64,000 nt of DNA from NCBI GenBank assembly GCA_002189035.1, contig NEEC01000017.1, forward strand, positions 2,232,001-2,296,000. The letters are read 5' to 3'. This document shows positions 1 through 14,688 of the stretch, piece after piece (positions within the stretch are counted from its first letter, which is position 1; every line of letters starts with the position of its first letter). The DNA comes from Utricularia gibba. Lineage: Eukaryota > Plantae > Magnoliophyta. The notes under the pieces were generated by a model. That model was not told the origin of the DNA, did no database searches, and was given only the letters and a program-made list of their open reading frames with translations. The position numbers and the translations under genes were made by a program.

Positions 1-2061
1 AACTCCCGATGATAATGAATTGCTTTGAAGCTCATAATCTTCTATCATCTTCCCGCTGCATTCTCCAGTAGTGTTCTCCAAACACATCCCTGGATTTCCT
101 ACGAGGGCGGTGGGGAACCTTGTGAACCCTTGCCCAATCGGAACTACACCTGAAAGGCAGTTAAATGACAGATTCAAGAGCACCAAGGTTCCAAGGCTCA
201 GATTGTTGTCTTCAACAGGGCCAGAGAACAAATTGTGCGACAAATCAAGGAACCTAAGACTCTGCATCTTACTGAACTCCCCGGGAAGTCTTCCGGACAG
301 AAAGTTGTAAGACAGGTTCAGGTACTCGAGGCCTGGCCATCTCAAAAGTCCTGGAGGTATTTCACCGAACATCGAGTTATCAGAGATATCAACTCCGATT
401 ACAGTTGAGAGCTTGTAATTGAAGATCAGCTCATGTTCATCGGAGATGGTCACAGAAATCTGTATCTTTGAATCAGTAGAAGGGGGAAAGAGGCTAAATT
501 CATGAGCTCCGGAAATGTGGTTTAAGTTCTGAGACACATCGAAGTTGGTTGCTGGCAAGTACCCGGTGAAGTTGTTGGCTGAAAGATCGATTGTTTGGAG
601 GGATTCAAATGTGAAAAGCCAGCCAGGAACAGCCCCACTGAATTTGTTGTGTGAAAGAGAGAGTGACCGAAGTTTAGACCACTTCGTCACAGCGTCATTA
701 AGGGTGCCTGAGAGATTGTTAAAGCTCAAATCCACAACCTCCAGAGACTTGCATCCTGCAAAGGTGAGAGGGATCTCCCCTGAAATCTGGTTGTTACTCA
801 AGTCCAAGATTTGCAAACTATCCAGTGCATCAAGCTCCGGAGGAATCTCTGCCGACAGCTGGTTATTGTTCAGCTTCAACGCTAGCAACTGAAAGCAGCC
901 AACAATTGTTGAAGGTACAGAGCCTGATAATGAGTTGTATGAAAGATCAATCACTTGAAGATAGTTCATATTTCCAATCCCCTCTGGTATCACGCCCGTC
1001 AGATGATTATTTGACAGAAGCAAAGCTTCTAGACTCTTCAACTCTGTCAAACCTGAAGGAATATCACCTGTAAGCTGGTTGTTTGACAGGTCAAGGAGCA
1101 GAAGGCCGGATTTTTCAGGCGCCCCAACAAATGCTCTCGGAATTCTTCCTGTCAGGTGATTGAAACTCAAATCCAAGCCCAGCAATGTCTCCGAGAGCAC
1201 CAATCTCGGAGAAATACCGTATTCTAGCTCATTTCTTGACAAGTTGAGCAACCTCAAGGAACCGCACCTAGAAATGCAAGATGGGATTCCTCCCATGATG
1301 GAGTTATTCGCCAGATTGAGCACCGAAAGATGCTCCGACGATGCCTGGAAACATGGTAGCGTTCCAGATAATGCATTGGATTCAAGGTTCAGATGCACCA
1401 GAGGCTGATGAAAGTCACCTAGAATCCCAGTGATAAGATTGTGGGATAAATCCAAGAAACGTAGCGATGTGCCAGCATACAAGCTCACCGGAATCTGCCC
1501 ATAAAAGCCATTGAATCCCAGATTCAGTCTCTGAAGCTTCCTCGAGAAATCGCCAATCCAAGTAGGCACTTGTCCAGTAAGCTTGTTATGACCAAGATCA
1601 AGGTCTGTCAACTCGTCAAGTTTCAATATGGGATGTGGGAATTCACCTCCTATTGCATTGTAACTGAGGTCCAAGATTCTGAGGTTCCTCAGCTGAGTGA
1701 AGCACGACGGAAGGGAGCCATTGAAGGCGTTGTGCGATAAAATTAGGGTTTCGAGAAGGGAAAGTGTGCAAAGAGAGTCCCCGGAAATAGGGCCAGACAA
1801 GGCGAAAGCAGTGAGATTAAGAGCAACCACCCGGTTGTTAAGCGGCGAGAGTGTGACGCCCGCCCATTCTGCGGCGTCGTCGTCACGGTTCCAGCTCGAT
1901 AACGTGTGCAGAGGGTCCTGTAGATGAGATTTGAAGCTCCGAAGTGCCGCCTTCTCGTCTGGGTGAAGGCGAAAGCCTCTCACGAGACCCGTCTCAGACA
2001 GAGCAGCGGAAAAGGCTACGAGTGTCGAGAGGAGGGAAATGAGGGAGAATAATGGGTGCAT
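1..2061 (-). CDS. CLV2: CLAVATA2-like LRR receptor-like protein, single exon, 3' end beyond left edge
   Basis: ATG at 2061 gives signal peptide MHPLFSLISLLSTLVAFSAALS, then LRRs; segment IVGCFQLLALKLNNNQLSAEIPPELDALDSLQILDLSNNQISGEIPLTFAGCKSLEVVD matches the characteristic CLV2 stretch; still in the same frame at base 1 (ALVGNPGMCLE...), which explains its absence from the ORF track. Confidence 0.9.
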   Translation of the reverse strand, partial: MHPLFSLISLLSTLVAFSAALSETGLVRGFRLHPDEKAALRSFKSHLQDPLHTLSSWNRDDDAAEWAGVTLSPLNNRVVALNLTAFALSGPISGDSLCTLSLLETLILSHNAFNGSLPSCFTQLRNLRILDLSYNAIGGEFPHPILKLDELTDLDLGHNKLTGQVPTWIGDFSRKLQRLNLGFNGFYGQIPVSLYAGTSLRFLDLSHNLITGILGDFHQPLVHLNLESNALSGTLPCFQASSEHLSVLNLANNSIMGGIPSCISRCGSLRLLNLSRNELEYGISPRLVLSETLLGLDLSFNHLTGRIPRAFVGAPEKSGLLLLDLSNNQLTGDIPSGLTELKSLEALLLSNNHLTGVIPEGIGNMNYLQVIDLSYNSLSGSVPSTIVGCFQLLALKLNNNQLSAEIPPELDALDSLQILDLSNNQISGEIPLTFAGCKSLEVVDLSFNNLSGTLNDAVTKWSKLRSLSLSHNKFSGAVPGWLFTFESLQTIDLSANNFTGYLPATNFDVSQNLNHISGAHEFSLFPPSTDSKIQISVTISDEHELIFNYKLSTVIGVDISDNSMFGEIPPGLLRWPGLEYLNLSYNFLSGRLPGEFSKMQSLRFLDLSHNLFSGPVEDNNLSLGTLVLLNLSFNCLSGVVPIGQGFTRFPTALVGNPGMCLENTTGECSGKMIEDYELQSNSLSSGV

Positions 2062-2807
2062 GGGTGTTGCTGTTTTCACGGAGGTTTAGGATGCAAAAAG
2101 TGTCTCATCGACGGATTAGAGGAGATGAAGAAGAAGAAGAAGGGAAACCCATTTCTTCCTTCTTCTCCGGCGAGGCGAGTGGCGGTCGCCGGCGGGTATA
2201 GCGTCCAAACAAAGCAGCTGGAGGCGGGGTACTGAAAAAAAGTTGAGCAACCAAGCAGCAAACAGAAGCCCAGGCTGCACGCTTTTTCGCGCGCTGCTAG
2301 TGTAACTCGCGCTCAAGGTTCACGTCGCTCGTCTCGGGCTGAATCAACTAAAAAAGTAGATGGTCATATACTAAAAATATTAGTAAATCTAAAGGAGATA
2401 CGTTTTTTGAAGTATTTGAAATTGAAGGTAAAGTCATATTGTTGTAATATAAAATACTTATCATCGTAATACAATATATTCCAATCTCAGGTAAATATCA
2501 CAATCAAACACACCCTCAATGCATATGTTTAATTGCAACTAAAATTACGACCAACATAACTTGGTTATTTATGACAAGATACACCAGCAATAAAACCAAA
2601 AACTTTGTTGGGTTCTACAATATGCACGCCACTCACGCATCTGCGTAAAGGAGCACTGATTCACCTTCATCAACATTGCTGCAGATGTGCATTTTCTGGT
2701 TTGGTATGAACACGCGTGCATACACAGATGAACATTTGTAGAGCAGAACCACTTACCTCTTGCATCTGGATTTGACTGGGGCTCGTGGTGGAGAGGTGTT
2801 GGGGGGG

Positions 2808-4338
2808 TCATTCCAGCGGGCTGTTGTCCCCAATTATATCTCTGTATGTGCACTTGACCTTCTCTATCACCGCTTGCCTGTAAAATTTTCAAGCGGCCGT
2901 ATTCAGTGGTGGACAATCCATCCAAATGTGCGGTTAAATAACAGAATTGGATGGCAAGTCTCATGGTTGCGCACTGGACATATCACAGGAAGTGTTTCGG
3001 GTTCACCCCTTGTGATCTATCAGCAGGAAAAATGCAAGCGCAATCTAGTCTAGGAATGTGGTTTGGAAGAAAAGGAAAAATTTGTTACCTGTCATCTGTG
3101 AAGAACAGGTTCCTGTAGGCAAACCACTGCAATAAAATGCCGAATACAGTACACGTCAGGTGGTACGCTAATGAAAGGCACTGTGTGCGTGTGGAAAACC
3201 AGGTACTGCTACAGAGAAAACTTCGTCTAACAAAAAGGGAGAAAAGGTTTCATGATGCTCCATAGGATTGAGATACAAACCCTTTAATCTACTATGCTTG
3301 GCAAGTTCCAATTATGAAGAATGCATGACAAAAGTAGTATGCATGCAGCGTAAGTGAATTTATAGTTGGAAGGAATTTACCCCAGTATATCCAATTCCTA
3401 TGAGCTCCAAAACTCCAGGTACAAGCGGAAGCCTGTCAATAGCCTTGTGCCCAAGGAGAAAAAAAAAAGCAAACGAAAACCAAGCTTGATAAGAAGATGG
3501 CAACAAAAAAAAAAAAAAAATCACAGAAGAGACTGTACAGAGATATTATAGACAAATTACCCAACCAACAACTTTTTACAATCAGATCTATCTCAGCTGG
3601 CGCTGAAGAAGATGATGAATGGTTATACGCGATACCAAATCACTTACCGAGATCGTTCCAGCTGCCGCAACAAGGGCTACTACTGCGGCCACTCCCAGAC
3701 CAGTTACAGCATACTTGTCATCCAGCTTGTCCCACTGAAATAACGCAGCATTTCAATCAATCTCACTCGAGCACAAAGTTAGTGTCATAGGGCGGGTAGC
3801 ATCTACTCCTACGAGTATCCTTCTCAGATAATAAATACATGGAGATCAAACTAGTCAACATAGGAATCAACCAATGAATAATACACACAATAAGTATCAT
3901 TTAAAGTGAAATTTAACCCCAAATTCTTGCATTTTCGATACAGAATTGAGAGGTAGAGAAAAGTCTGAATATTAATCGCACATTTGAAATAGACTGAAGC
4001 AGTAAAAAGACGAAAGAGGGCAAAGCCAATAGTCTTACTGCTTCCCCTACTGTTTTGACAAATTCAGGCGTTTCACTGCTTCCGATCGCAACCACTTCCG
4101 TAGAAGCCTCTACATCAACAGCCATCCCGACCACATTCCGCGCATTCCTCCGGACTGAAACCAGAAATCTCTCTAAACAACAAATTCACGCTGCAGCATA
4201 ACGAAGGAAGCAAGAGTATTCACAGTAAAGAGTGGGCTTGAACACGAGAGCGCGCGACAGAGCAGCAGGTTGTAGACGAGACACGTTAGCATTGACGGAG
4301 GCGGAAACAGTGAGGGCGACGGCGGCTGCGGCGGCCAT
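2808..4338 (-). CDS. CURT1B: CURVATURE THYLAKOID 1B (PSI-P/TMP14), 6 exons
   Basis: Spliced protein MAAAAAVALTV...RRNARNVVGMA...PEFVKTVGEA|WDKLDDKYAVTGLGVAAVVALVAAAGTIS|AIDRLPLVPGVLELIGIGYTG|WFAYRNLFFTDDR|QAVIEKVKCTYRDIIGDNSPLE*; GT-AG junctions; TGA at 2808-2810. Confidence 0.9.
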
Positions 4339-4570
4339 AGCTTGTGAATCTCCGAATGGTTTTCCGCCGTAGACAGCAAATGGCTGTGGTTCAGTCGTTG
4401 TTTATCTGGATTTCAAATCTCAATGTCATGCGCTACGACGAAACCGATGTGCAGCACACCACTCGCTTGAGGGCCGGGGAGATGGGATCAGATAACGCAA
4501 CCACCCGACTCATAACCACCTCAAACGCATGCCACGTGGACCTCCAATTTTCTTTTCTTCCCCATGGGAA

Positions 4571-4683
4571 TGGGCTGGGCCAGTTTCCCCCTCCGGGCCT
4601 ATATGGGCTACTTCTTTATAAGCCGGGCGGATATTGGATTATATTCTCTATGTTTTATTGGGCTTGGGTGGGTTCGATGGGCC
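4571..4683. promoter_or_regulatory. Cluster of five site II motifs (TGGGCY) between divergent CURT1B and peptide gene
   Basis: TGGGCT/TGGGCC at 4571, 4576, 4604, 4659, 4678; site II elements are known TCP-bound proximal promoter motifs. Confidence 0.5.
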
Positions 4684-5338
4684 TAGCTAGCTTTTTGCAG
4701 CTGGAGATGGATGGTCTGTCTTGAGTTGGATTTGGGCGGCTTGGCCTGTGCTGGGCTAGCGTTGCTCCTTGCGGTGCTTGTGCGCCTTGCTGGGAAAGAG
4801 AAGCAGATCGGCATGATGCATCCCAAATCAGGGAGGGAGGGATCTGTGAGAAGATGGGTGCATCGCTTTTCCGGTAAGCTCGCCGCGTCGGAGGCATCTA
4901 CTCTACTACACCAGGCATGTAAAGCCCAGTTTCTCATACAGTTCACAGCATGCAATGAAGAGCCAAAGAAGCTGGGAACGGTTCCCTTTCTGAATGCTGT
5001 TTGCTAGGCTTACATGAAGGTGGCAGGCAGTGTTCAAAAGAAGGGCGTACCGTAGAAACTGAAACTTGATTTGATGGTATGTGGATGCGATTCGGTGAGA
5101 AGAGAAAAAAAAGGCAGGAGGGGGGTGGTGTTGGGTGTCAATTGTTGGGAATGCATTAAACTCCCCCGAAGCCCAACCATTTGCTACATTTAATACGAGA
5201 AGGAAGCAATGGCGGAATCAAGCTCCCCGGCACAGCAGCTGCTATAATCAATCAGTCGCTGCCCTACACTCCTTTTCCAAACTCCCCTCCTTTCACTTCA
5301 CCCCCGCCACAAGTGAAACAACTCTCCGCCGCCGAGAA

Positions 5339-5763
5339 ATGCGGGGGCTTGATTTCGGTGCCGGGATCCTCGCGCTGCTCCTGCTCCTGCTCCTGCCCGT
5401 GTCGTCCTCGATCGTGGGTTTTCTTGAAAATTTGATTTTGATTTTAGGGTTTGTCTGAGTTGGGTTGCGGATCTTGAGAATCGGGTCGATTTTTCGTTGC
5501 AGGGGAACGGGGAAGGGCTGGTGCCGGTTATGGAGCCGTGGAATGCGAAGATGGAGCCCGTTTTCGTGAACGACACGCGCCGTAGGCTGAGCAGTTTCCA
5601 GATTTGTTCACTCTGCACCTGCTGCGGCGGCGCCGGCACCGGAAGAAGCTACTGCCTGCCGTCGCCGTGTTGCTACGCTATCAATTGCAATATCCCCAAC
5701 AGGCCGTTCGGGTTCTGCTCTTTCACTCCCAAGACCTGCAACTGCTTCAACTGTCACATCTGA
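5339..5763 (+). CDS. Secreted cysteine-rich peptide precursor (111 aa, 2 exons), conserved plant family of unknown function
   Basis: Exon 1 5339-5413 encodes a signal peptide (MRGLDFGAGILALLLLLLLPVSSSI); phase-0 intron GT 5414..AG 5502; exon 2 ends RRRLSSFQICSLCTCC...CCYAINCNIPNRPFGFCSFTPKTCNCFNCHI* with 12 Cys. Confidence 0.85.
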
Positions 5764-6297
5764 GTTTTCCATTCCTCCTCCTCCTTCCCTCCCTCCCCCT
5801 GCTATTCTTTTGGAGTGTTGTCTGGTGAAACGGAAAACGGCTACTTCCAGGTAAGTTTTTGCTATAGGCGCGCCCCATGATGTAGCTACAACGGCGTCCT
5901 GCTAGTAGCAAATTCTTATCTGGAAGCAGCGCTGGCACACTTGCACTATTACTACTACTACCTCCACTAATGTTATTGTTATCATTTCATCCCTTCACAG
6001 TCAAGCCCTGTTTCATCTCAGTGCTTCTGTGCCCAAACTTCATCTAATTAGCAAACTTGCACTTGTTCATATAATCGACTCCGGGTTCAGGGGATTTGTG
6101 GAAAACTAGTTTTGAATTGGTTATCATCATCTGCTTTCGAAGGTTGGCCACCCAAACGGGCCCCCTACTGCTGCTGTAGTGAGTGTAATGCATTGTTGGG
6201 TGTAATCGTACCTGTTCTCTGGTGTTTGCTGGTATTGTTGTAGCTACTGACTGACACCAGTAAAATATCACCTTCCAACACCTCTGTGGGACATCTG

Positions 6298-9295
6298 TTA
6301 TCTGGTGGGTTTGGGGGACTCATGGAGGGATCGCTGGGGTCGTGCATGTGAGCAAGAAGATGATAGAATGAGAAGTAAGAAATGGGATGTGCATGGCAAG
6401 GATGAATAGCGGTCACCTGGTTTCACATCATGTGTTTCGGGAGTCCAGACGATGTCCTTGAGCTCCGATGAGAAGGACTTGTAGAACTGCGATTCAAGTA
6501 CAAGGTGTGAAATGGTTTGATGCTTCAAAGAAGTTAAGAGGGAAGACAGCAAATGCACAGGGTGTTAATCTGGTTGCCTTGTGGAACTCCAGTGTGTCCC
6601 CGCCCGTCTTGCGAAGCTCCACCATGTGCAATGAGGGAGCGACCTCAAAAACCTGAGTTCAAAGGCAAAGGAAGCAAATTAAATGTCAATTCAGCAGCAA
6701 CAAGTCCATAGGAGACAAGAGGAACGGAGGTTTTCAAGGCTAGCTATGTTGACTGCATTAAATACGTTGATCCCATGCATTCATTCATACCCCATAACGC
6801 ATTGATGGTATTACATCTAACTTGGAAATACAATCATGATAACAACGCCCGTTGTTCATCTCATGATAACAACGCCCGTTGTTCATCTCATGATAACAAC
6901 TCGTGTGATATTTACTTCTAGTCTACAAGGGCATGCAACCTGCACATGAACTATGTGGCACAAACAGACTGACACAGTTCCAACAACTTGTAGCACTTTT
7001 GGGCTACTAAACTGCACCTAGAAACCAATGAAGATGCAGTAGTGAATTGGGAGATTCATGATCTTCCAAACCTTTAGAGCCAGACAAGTCGTCACTAAAG
7101 CTCCTTTCTTACCAGGCAGGGATCCTACACTGATATAAAATGAAAACATGTTTAAGTTCAATATCCAAAGTATACCTCTGTTGCAACGGCAAGTTGTCCC
7201 TTTCTTCCTGCTTTGTCACCTTGTAGCTTCATCTGATATGATTGATAGAAACCAAGCAGTAGTACAGCAAACATGAAACATTTTGCATAGCAGCCGTGCG
7301 CAGCAAATTGTACTGGCTATTCAGTACCTTGTAGTTTTTCTTGTGAACATTAAAGCCCAAAGGTATAGCAGCCTCTTCAATTTTTGACAAGATTTCATTT
7401 GCTGGTTTTTTAGAAGTGAATTGTGTCTCTCTCTTCACTGTCCCCTGCATTTTTTTGCTTCCATGTGGTACATGCCTCATAAAATATCAACTACTATCAT
7501 TTATAACTTTATAGTAAAAATTGAGGCTGGATAAGGTATCATAAGATCCTGAAATAGGCCAAGACAAGAAATGGCATCTCAGATTCAGTGCAACATTTTC
7601 AGGCACATATCAATTGCTTGTCGAAAAGATTTTCGAGGCTGAGACTTTGAGACCTAGAAATAAGTTCAAAGGCATTCATGGACACCGGCTTTTCTCTACT
7701 CTCAGTGACAAGATGTTCCTGAAAAAGTGTATGGAAACCATTAATGCACACTTATGTGCCACATATACTGCAGGGTAGATGCTGAAACATTCTGATTGGA
7801 TCACATTAGACTCAGCAAAGACAGCGTCAATATCATCAAGATTATGTTCATCTGGCCCAAACTGGGGTGGCTGGTAACCAATCTTGAACCAGTCAGTTTC
7901 TATGATTTCAGGAATGGTAATGCGCTGCCAAGAAAGAGAGTCCGTGACTGACATTTGAGAGAATAAAATACTAAAATAGCTCACGGTGAAGGGGTTCGGA
8001 TCAAGGATGCGCTTAATCAACTTTTTAGCACTGGATGAAAACCATGCTGGAAACGAATAATCAGCCTTTTGAATCTAGGAAAAAAGGATAGGATCAATCA
8101 GCTTCTCCATGGGCAAATCAAGGCTTCATAATAGGCCAGAGGGGTTGCATGAAGGTAACTTTTCTGTATAATGCCATGAGATTGCGCTCATCAAAAGGCA
8201 AGTATCCAGCCATCAGAACAAAAAGAATAACACCGCAAGACCAAACATCTGATGCTGTTCCAACATAGCCTTTGCTGGTCAGCACCTGAGGAGAAAGGTA
8301 CATAAAATGGAAATGGATAGTTCACCATTCACATTCGAAACGCCATAGTGAGTCGTACCTCAGGTGCAACATAATTTGGAGTGCCGCATGCAGTGTGAAG
8401 CAACCCATTATCCTAAAACGGTGTAGATCATTACAAAGAACATCACCAGCATCTCTTAGCAAAATGAGTTAAGAACCCACTTGAGCTTGCTTTGAGCATG
8501 TACTCAACCCAAAGTCCGAAACCTTGAGAATACCATATGTGTCCAGTAGCAGATTTTCTGGCTGCAAGCTTTGACGAAATCACGAACATTTTAAAAGCAC
8601 GAGACAAAGGAAATGGAGACTTTAGTGGGCCTTATTCGACCTTCAAATCTCTGTGGCACACTCCTCTACTATGACAATAGTCCACAGCATTGATGAGCTG
8701 CTGAAAATATCTCCTGGCGTCATCTTCTTTAAGTTTGCCATATTTCGCCTATTATAAGCAGGAATGAATGAATATTCATGAGTCCCAATGGTGGCAATAC
8801 ACATGATTAAGAATCGAGAAATGGAACTCACAATTTTGTCAAATAGTTCACCACCATCAATGTATTCCAGTACTAAGTATATCTTCGTTTTGCTAGCCAT
8901 GACCTATTAAAATGCCAGAATGACTAATCGCAACCATTGGAGCAACTCAAACACATTACCTACAATCGAAGCACCTCAAACAATTTCAAAACATTAGGGT
9001 GCTTGATCATCTTCATTGTAGAAATTTCCCTTTTCATCTGCCGTAACATTAAAAAAAAAAAAACAGGTTTCTTCAACACGATGCATAAAAAAGAAAAAGG
9101 ATCAGAACATCAAGAACAGAAAATGACCTGATCAACCATCTTATGATGAAGAACACGATCGCGATCAATTATCTTGATAGCGACGTAGTCGCCATTCTGG
9201 GTGTTGATCGCGAATTTGACCTTGGCGTATGAGCCCTCGCCGAGGGTTCTCCCCAGCTCGTACTTGCCCACGCGCATCCTCGTTCCGCTCGGCAT
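6298..9295 (-). CDS. CIPK9: CBL-interacting Ser/Thr kinase, intron-rich clade, CIPK9-like (14 exons traced; exact C-terminus uncertain)
   Basis: [45 protein letters not shown] motif ([11 protein letters not shown]), C-terminal [25 protein letters not shown]|[14 protein letters not shown]. Two introns need non-GT donors (see findings). Confidence 0.9.
6834..6900. repeat. 27-bp tandem repeat, 2.5 identical copies, in a CIPK9 intron
   Basis: Unit TCATGATAACAACGCCCGTTGTTCATC at 6834-6860 and 6861-6887, partial copy 6888-6900. Confidence 0.95.
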
Positions 9296-9793
9296 TTCTA
9301 CATGAAATTGAAAAACAACGTCAACGTCAATGTCGACCGCGTACACCACCGTACAATTCACGTACATAACCTGGCGAGGGGGGGACGATGAACGGAACAC
9401 AAACAAATGTACGGTCAACGTCAACGAGGTATTTATAGCACGTTTTCCACGTGTCATAAACCTTGCATTCCACCAACTTTCCAACAATCTCCCCATATTA
9501 AAATTAAATTTCATAAAAACAAGTGATTTCGATAAATTACTAATTATCATATACCTTCGAATTGTAAAGTTAAATTTAATATACAAATTACCTTAATTTT
9601 ATATTCTATTTAAAACAATTTATATTTTAAAAATAATTTTATTATTATATACCAATGACTTAAAATTATATTTCAAACATTAATACATAAATTGATCGAG
9701 TACATGTGTATTGGGAGTGGGTAGCTTGTTATAGTATATTACGTCAGCATACTTGCATCGTCAATAGTTTGAGTACGGACTCTCTGATAAATC

Positions 9794-13275
<3,482 letters not shown>

Positions 13276-13828
13276 TCTAGAATCAAACACCCTTTTTCTC
13301 CAATATCACAGATTTTGTCTCCGCAACCTACTAAAACAGTGAAAAGAAAAAAAAAACTTCAATTACAGTATCCAAAACCAAGAGCATGAAGAAAAACAAA
13401 GGTCCCAAGCCTCTTTCGGGACAAATTGATTGTGACTTGATAACGTCACACGTCAACAGAAGCCATGAATGCTTCAAATTCACATCAACAATAACGACAG
13501 CTTTAGAAAAACGCAACCAAGACGATGATACCCCGGCGACATGTGAGCATACCCCAGCTATTAAAAATAGAAATGTGAACGGAGAAGATACTCATCGAAT
13601 CCAGTCCGATGGGCTGCAAAGCAAGGCAGCCCCACGTAGTGGGTATAAAGTAGCTAGCGACATGTATGATTTCTTCCTCTTCGGGGAAAGCCATGAACCG
13701 AGAATGGAGAGAAACTCAAAGACTAAATTCTCAAGTTGATGTGAATTGTGATGGCAACCAACGTCCCTCCCTCTTGCATTTAAAATACTAATATAAAATA
13801 AATACATTCAAACCGTTATATTTAAATT

Positions 13829-13833
<5 letters not shown>

Positions 13834-13865
<32 letters not shown>
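13834..13865. repeat. (TA)16 microsatellite
   Basis: Perfect TA run inside the inferred ECA2 5' UTR intron. Confidence 0.95.
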
Positions 13866-13869
<4 letters not shown>

Positions 13870-14688
13870 TAAAAATCATTTATTTAATAAATATATATTT
13901 TAAAAACACAAATCAGAAAATATTAACATAATATTCTGCTCCCATTTCCATTTTTTTTTAAAAAAAATCTGAAAGCAAAGAGAATCGGAAAAAGGGACCA
14001 TGCTGTGATCTTTTAGTAAACAACAGTAGGTGCCATCACACTGCTGTCGCTTTACTTCTAAAGAAACCCTAGAAAACACCAGGCATCACCCAACACAGTA
14101 AACAAAGAAATGCAACCACTCCGGTCGCTAAAAGGGGAGAGAGGAGAAGGCGGAGCTCACCGGAAAACAGGGCCGATCTGCACCGGAAACGCACAGACGA
14201 GGAAACCAGAAGGCGGCGTCGCTGGAAGCTCCTCCAGCCGGACGTTGCCTCTGAAGCAGAGATGGATCGGTTTACCTTTAAATAAACAAGCATTCACTTG
14301 AGGACTTGAGAAGTTTCTTAGAAGGTTCTTTACCGGGTAGTTTCCCCGTACGAGGCCCCCCCGGTCGTCGCCAGTAAACGCAAAAAGGTAAAATAGAAAT
14401 TAAAATCTTTTGCAAATTGAGTTACTTTTTATTACTTATTTGATTAATAAATAAGAAATGTGACAAGATTAGAATTATTTCGTATTTTTTATCATTATAT
14501 CCATCTATTTTTATTTTTTTACAATTAAAAAGTTAAAAAGTATTTATAAACAGTGTTATAATAATTATCAAATAATATTACTTTAAAATAATGAATAGTT
14601 TTGTAAGGTTTACATACATATATACATGATCAAGTTAATGGAACCTTATTGTTTTCATTTTAGTCTCATTTATTTTTATGTTTATTTA

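Noticed and set aside
2753-2810. Apparent C-terminal extension of CURT1B
   Set aside because: Recounting the G run shows ATT GGG GAC AAC AGC CCG CTG GAA TGA, a near-normal end at 2808.
6834-6900. CRISPR-like array (27-bp hairpin repeat)
   Set aside because: Units are head-to-tail with no spacers, there are no cas genes, and it lies in a plant intron.
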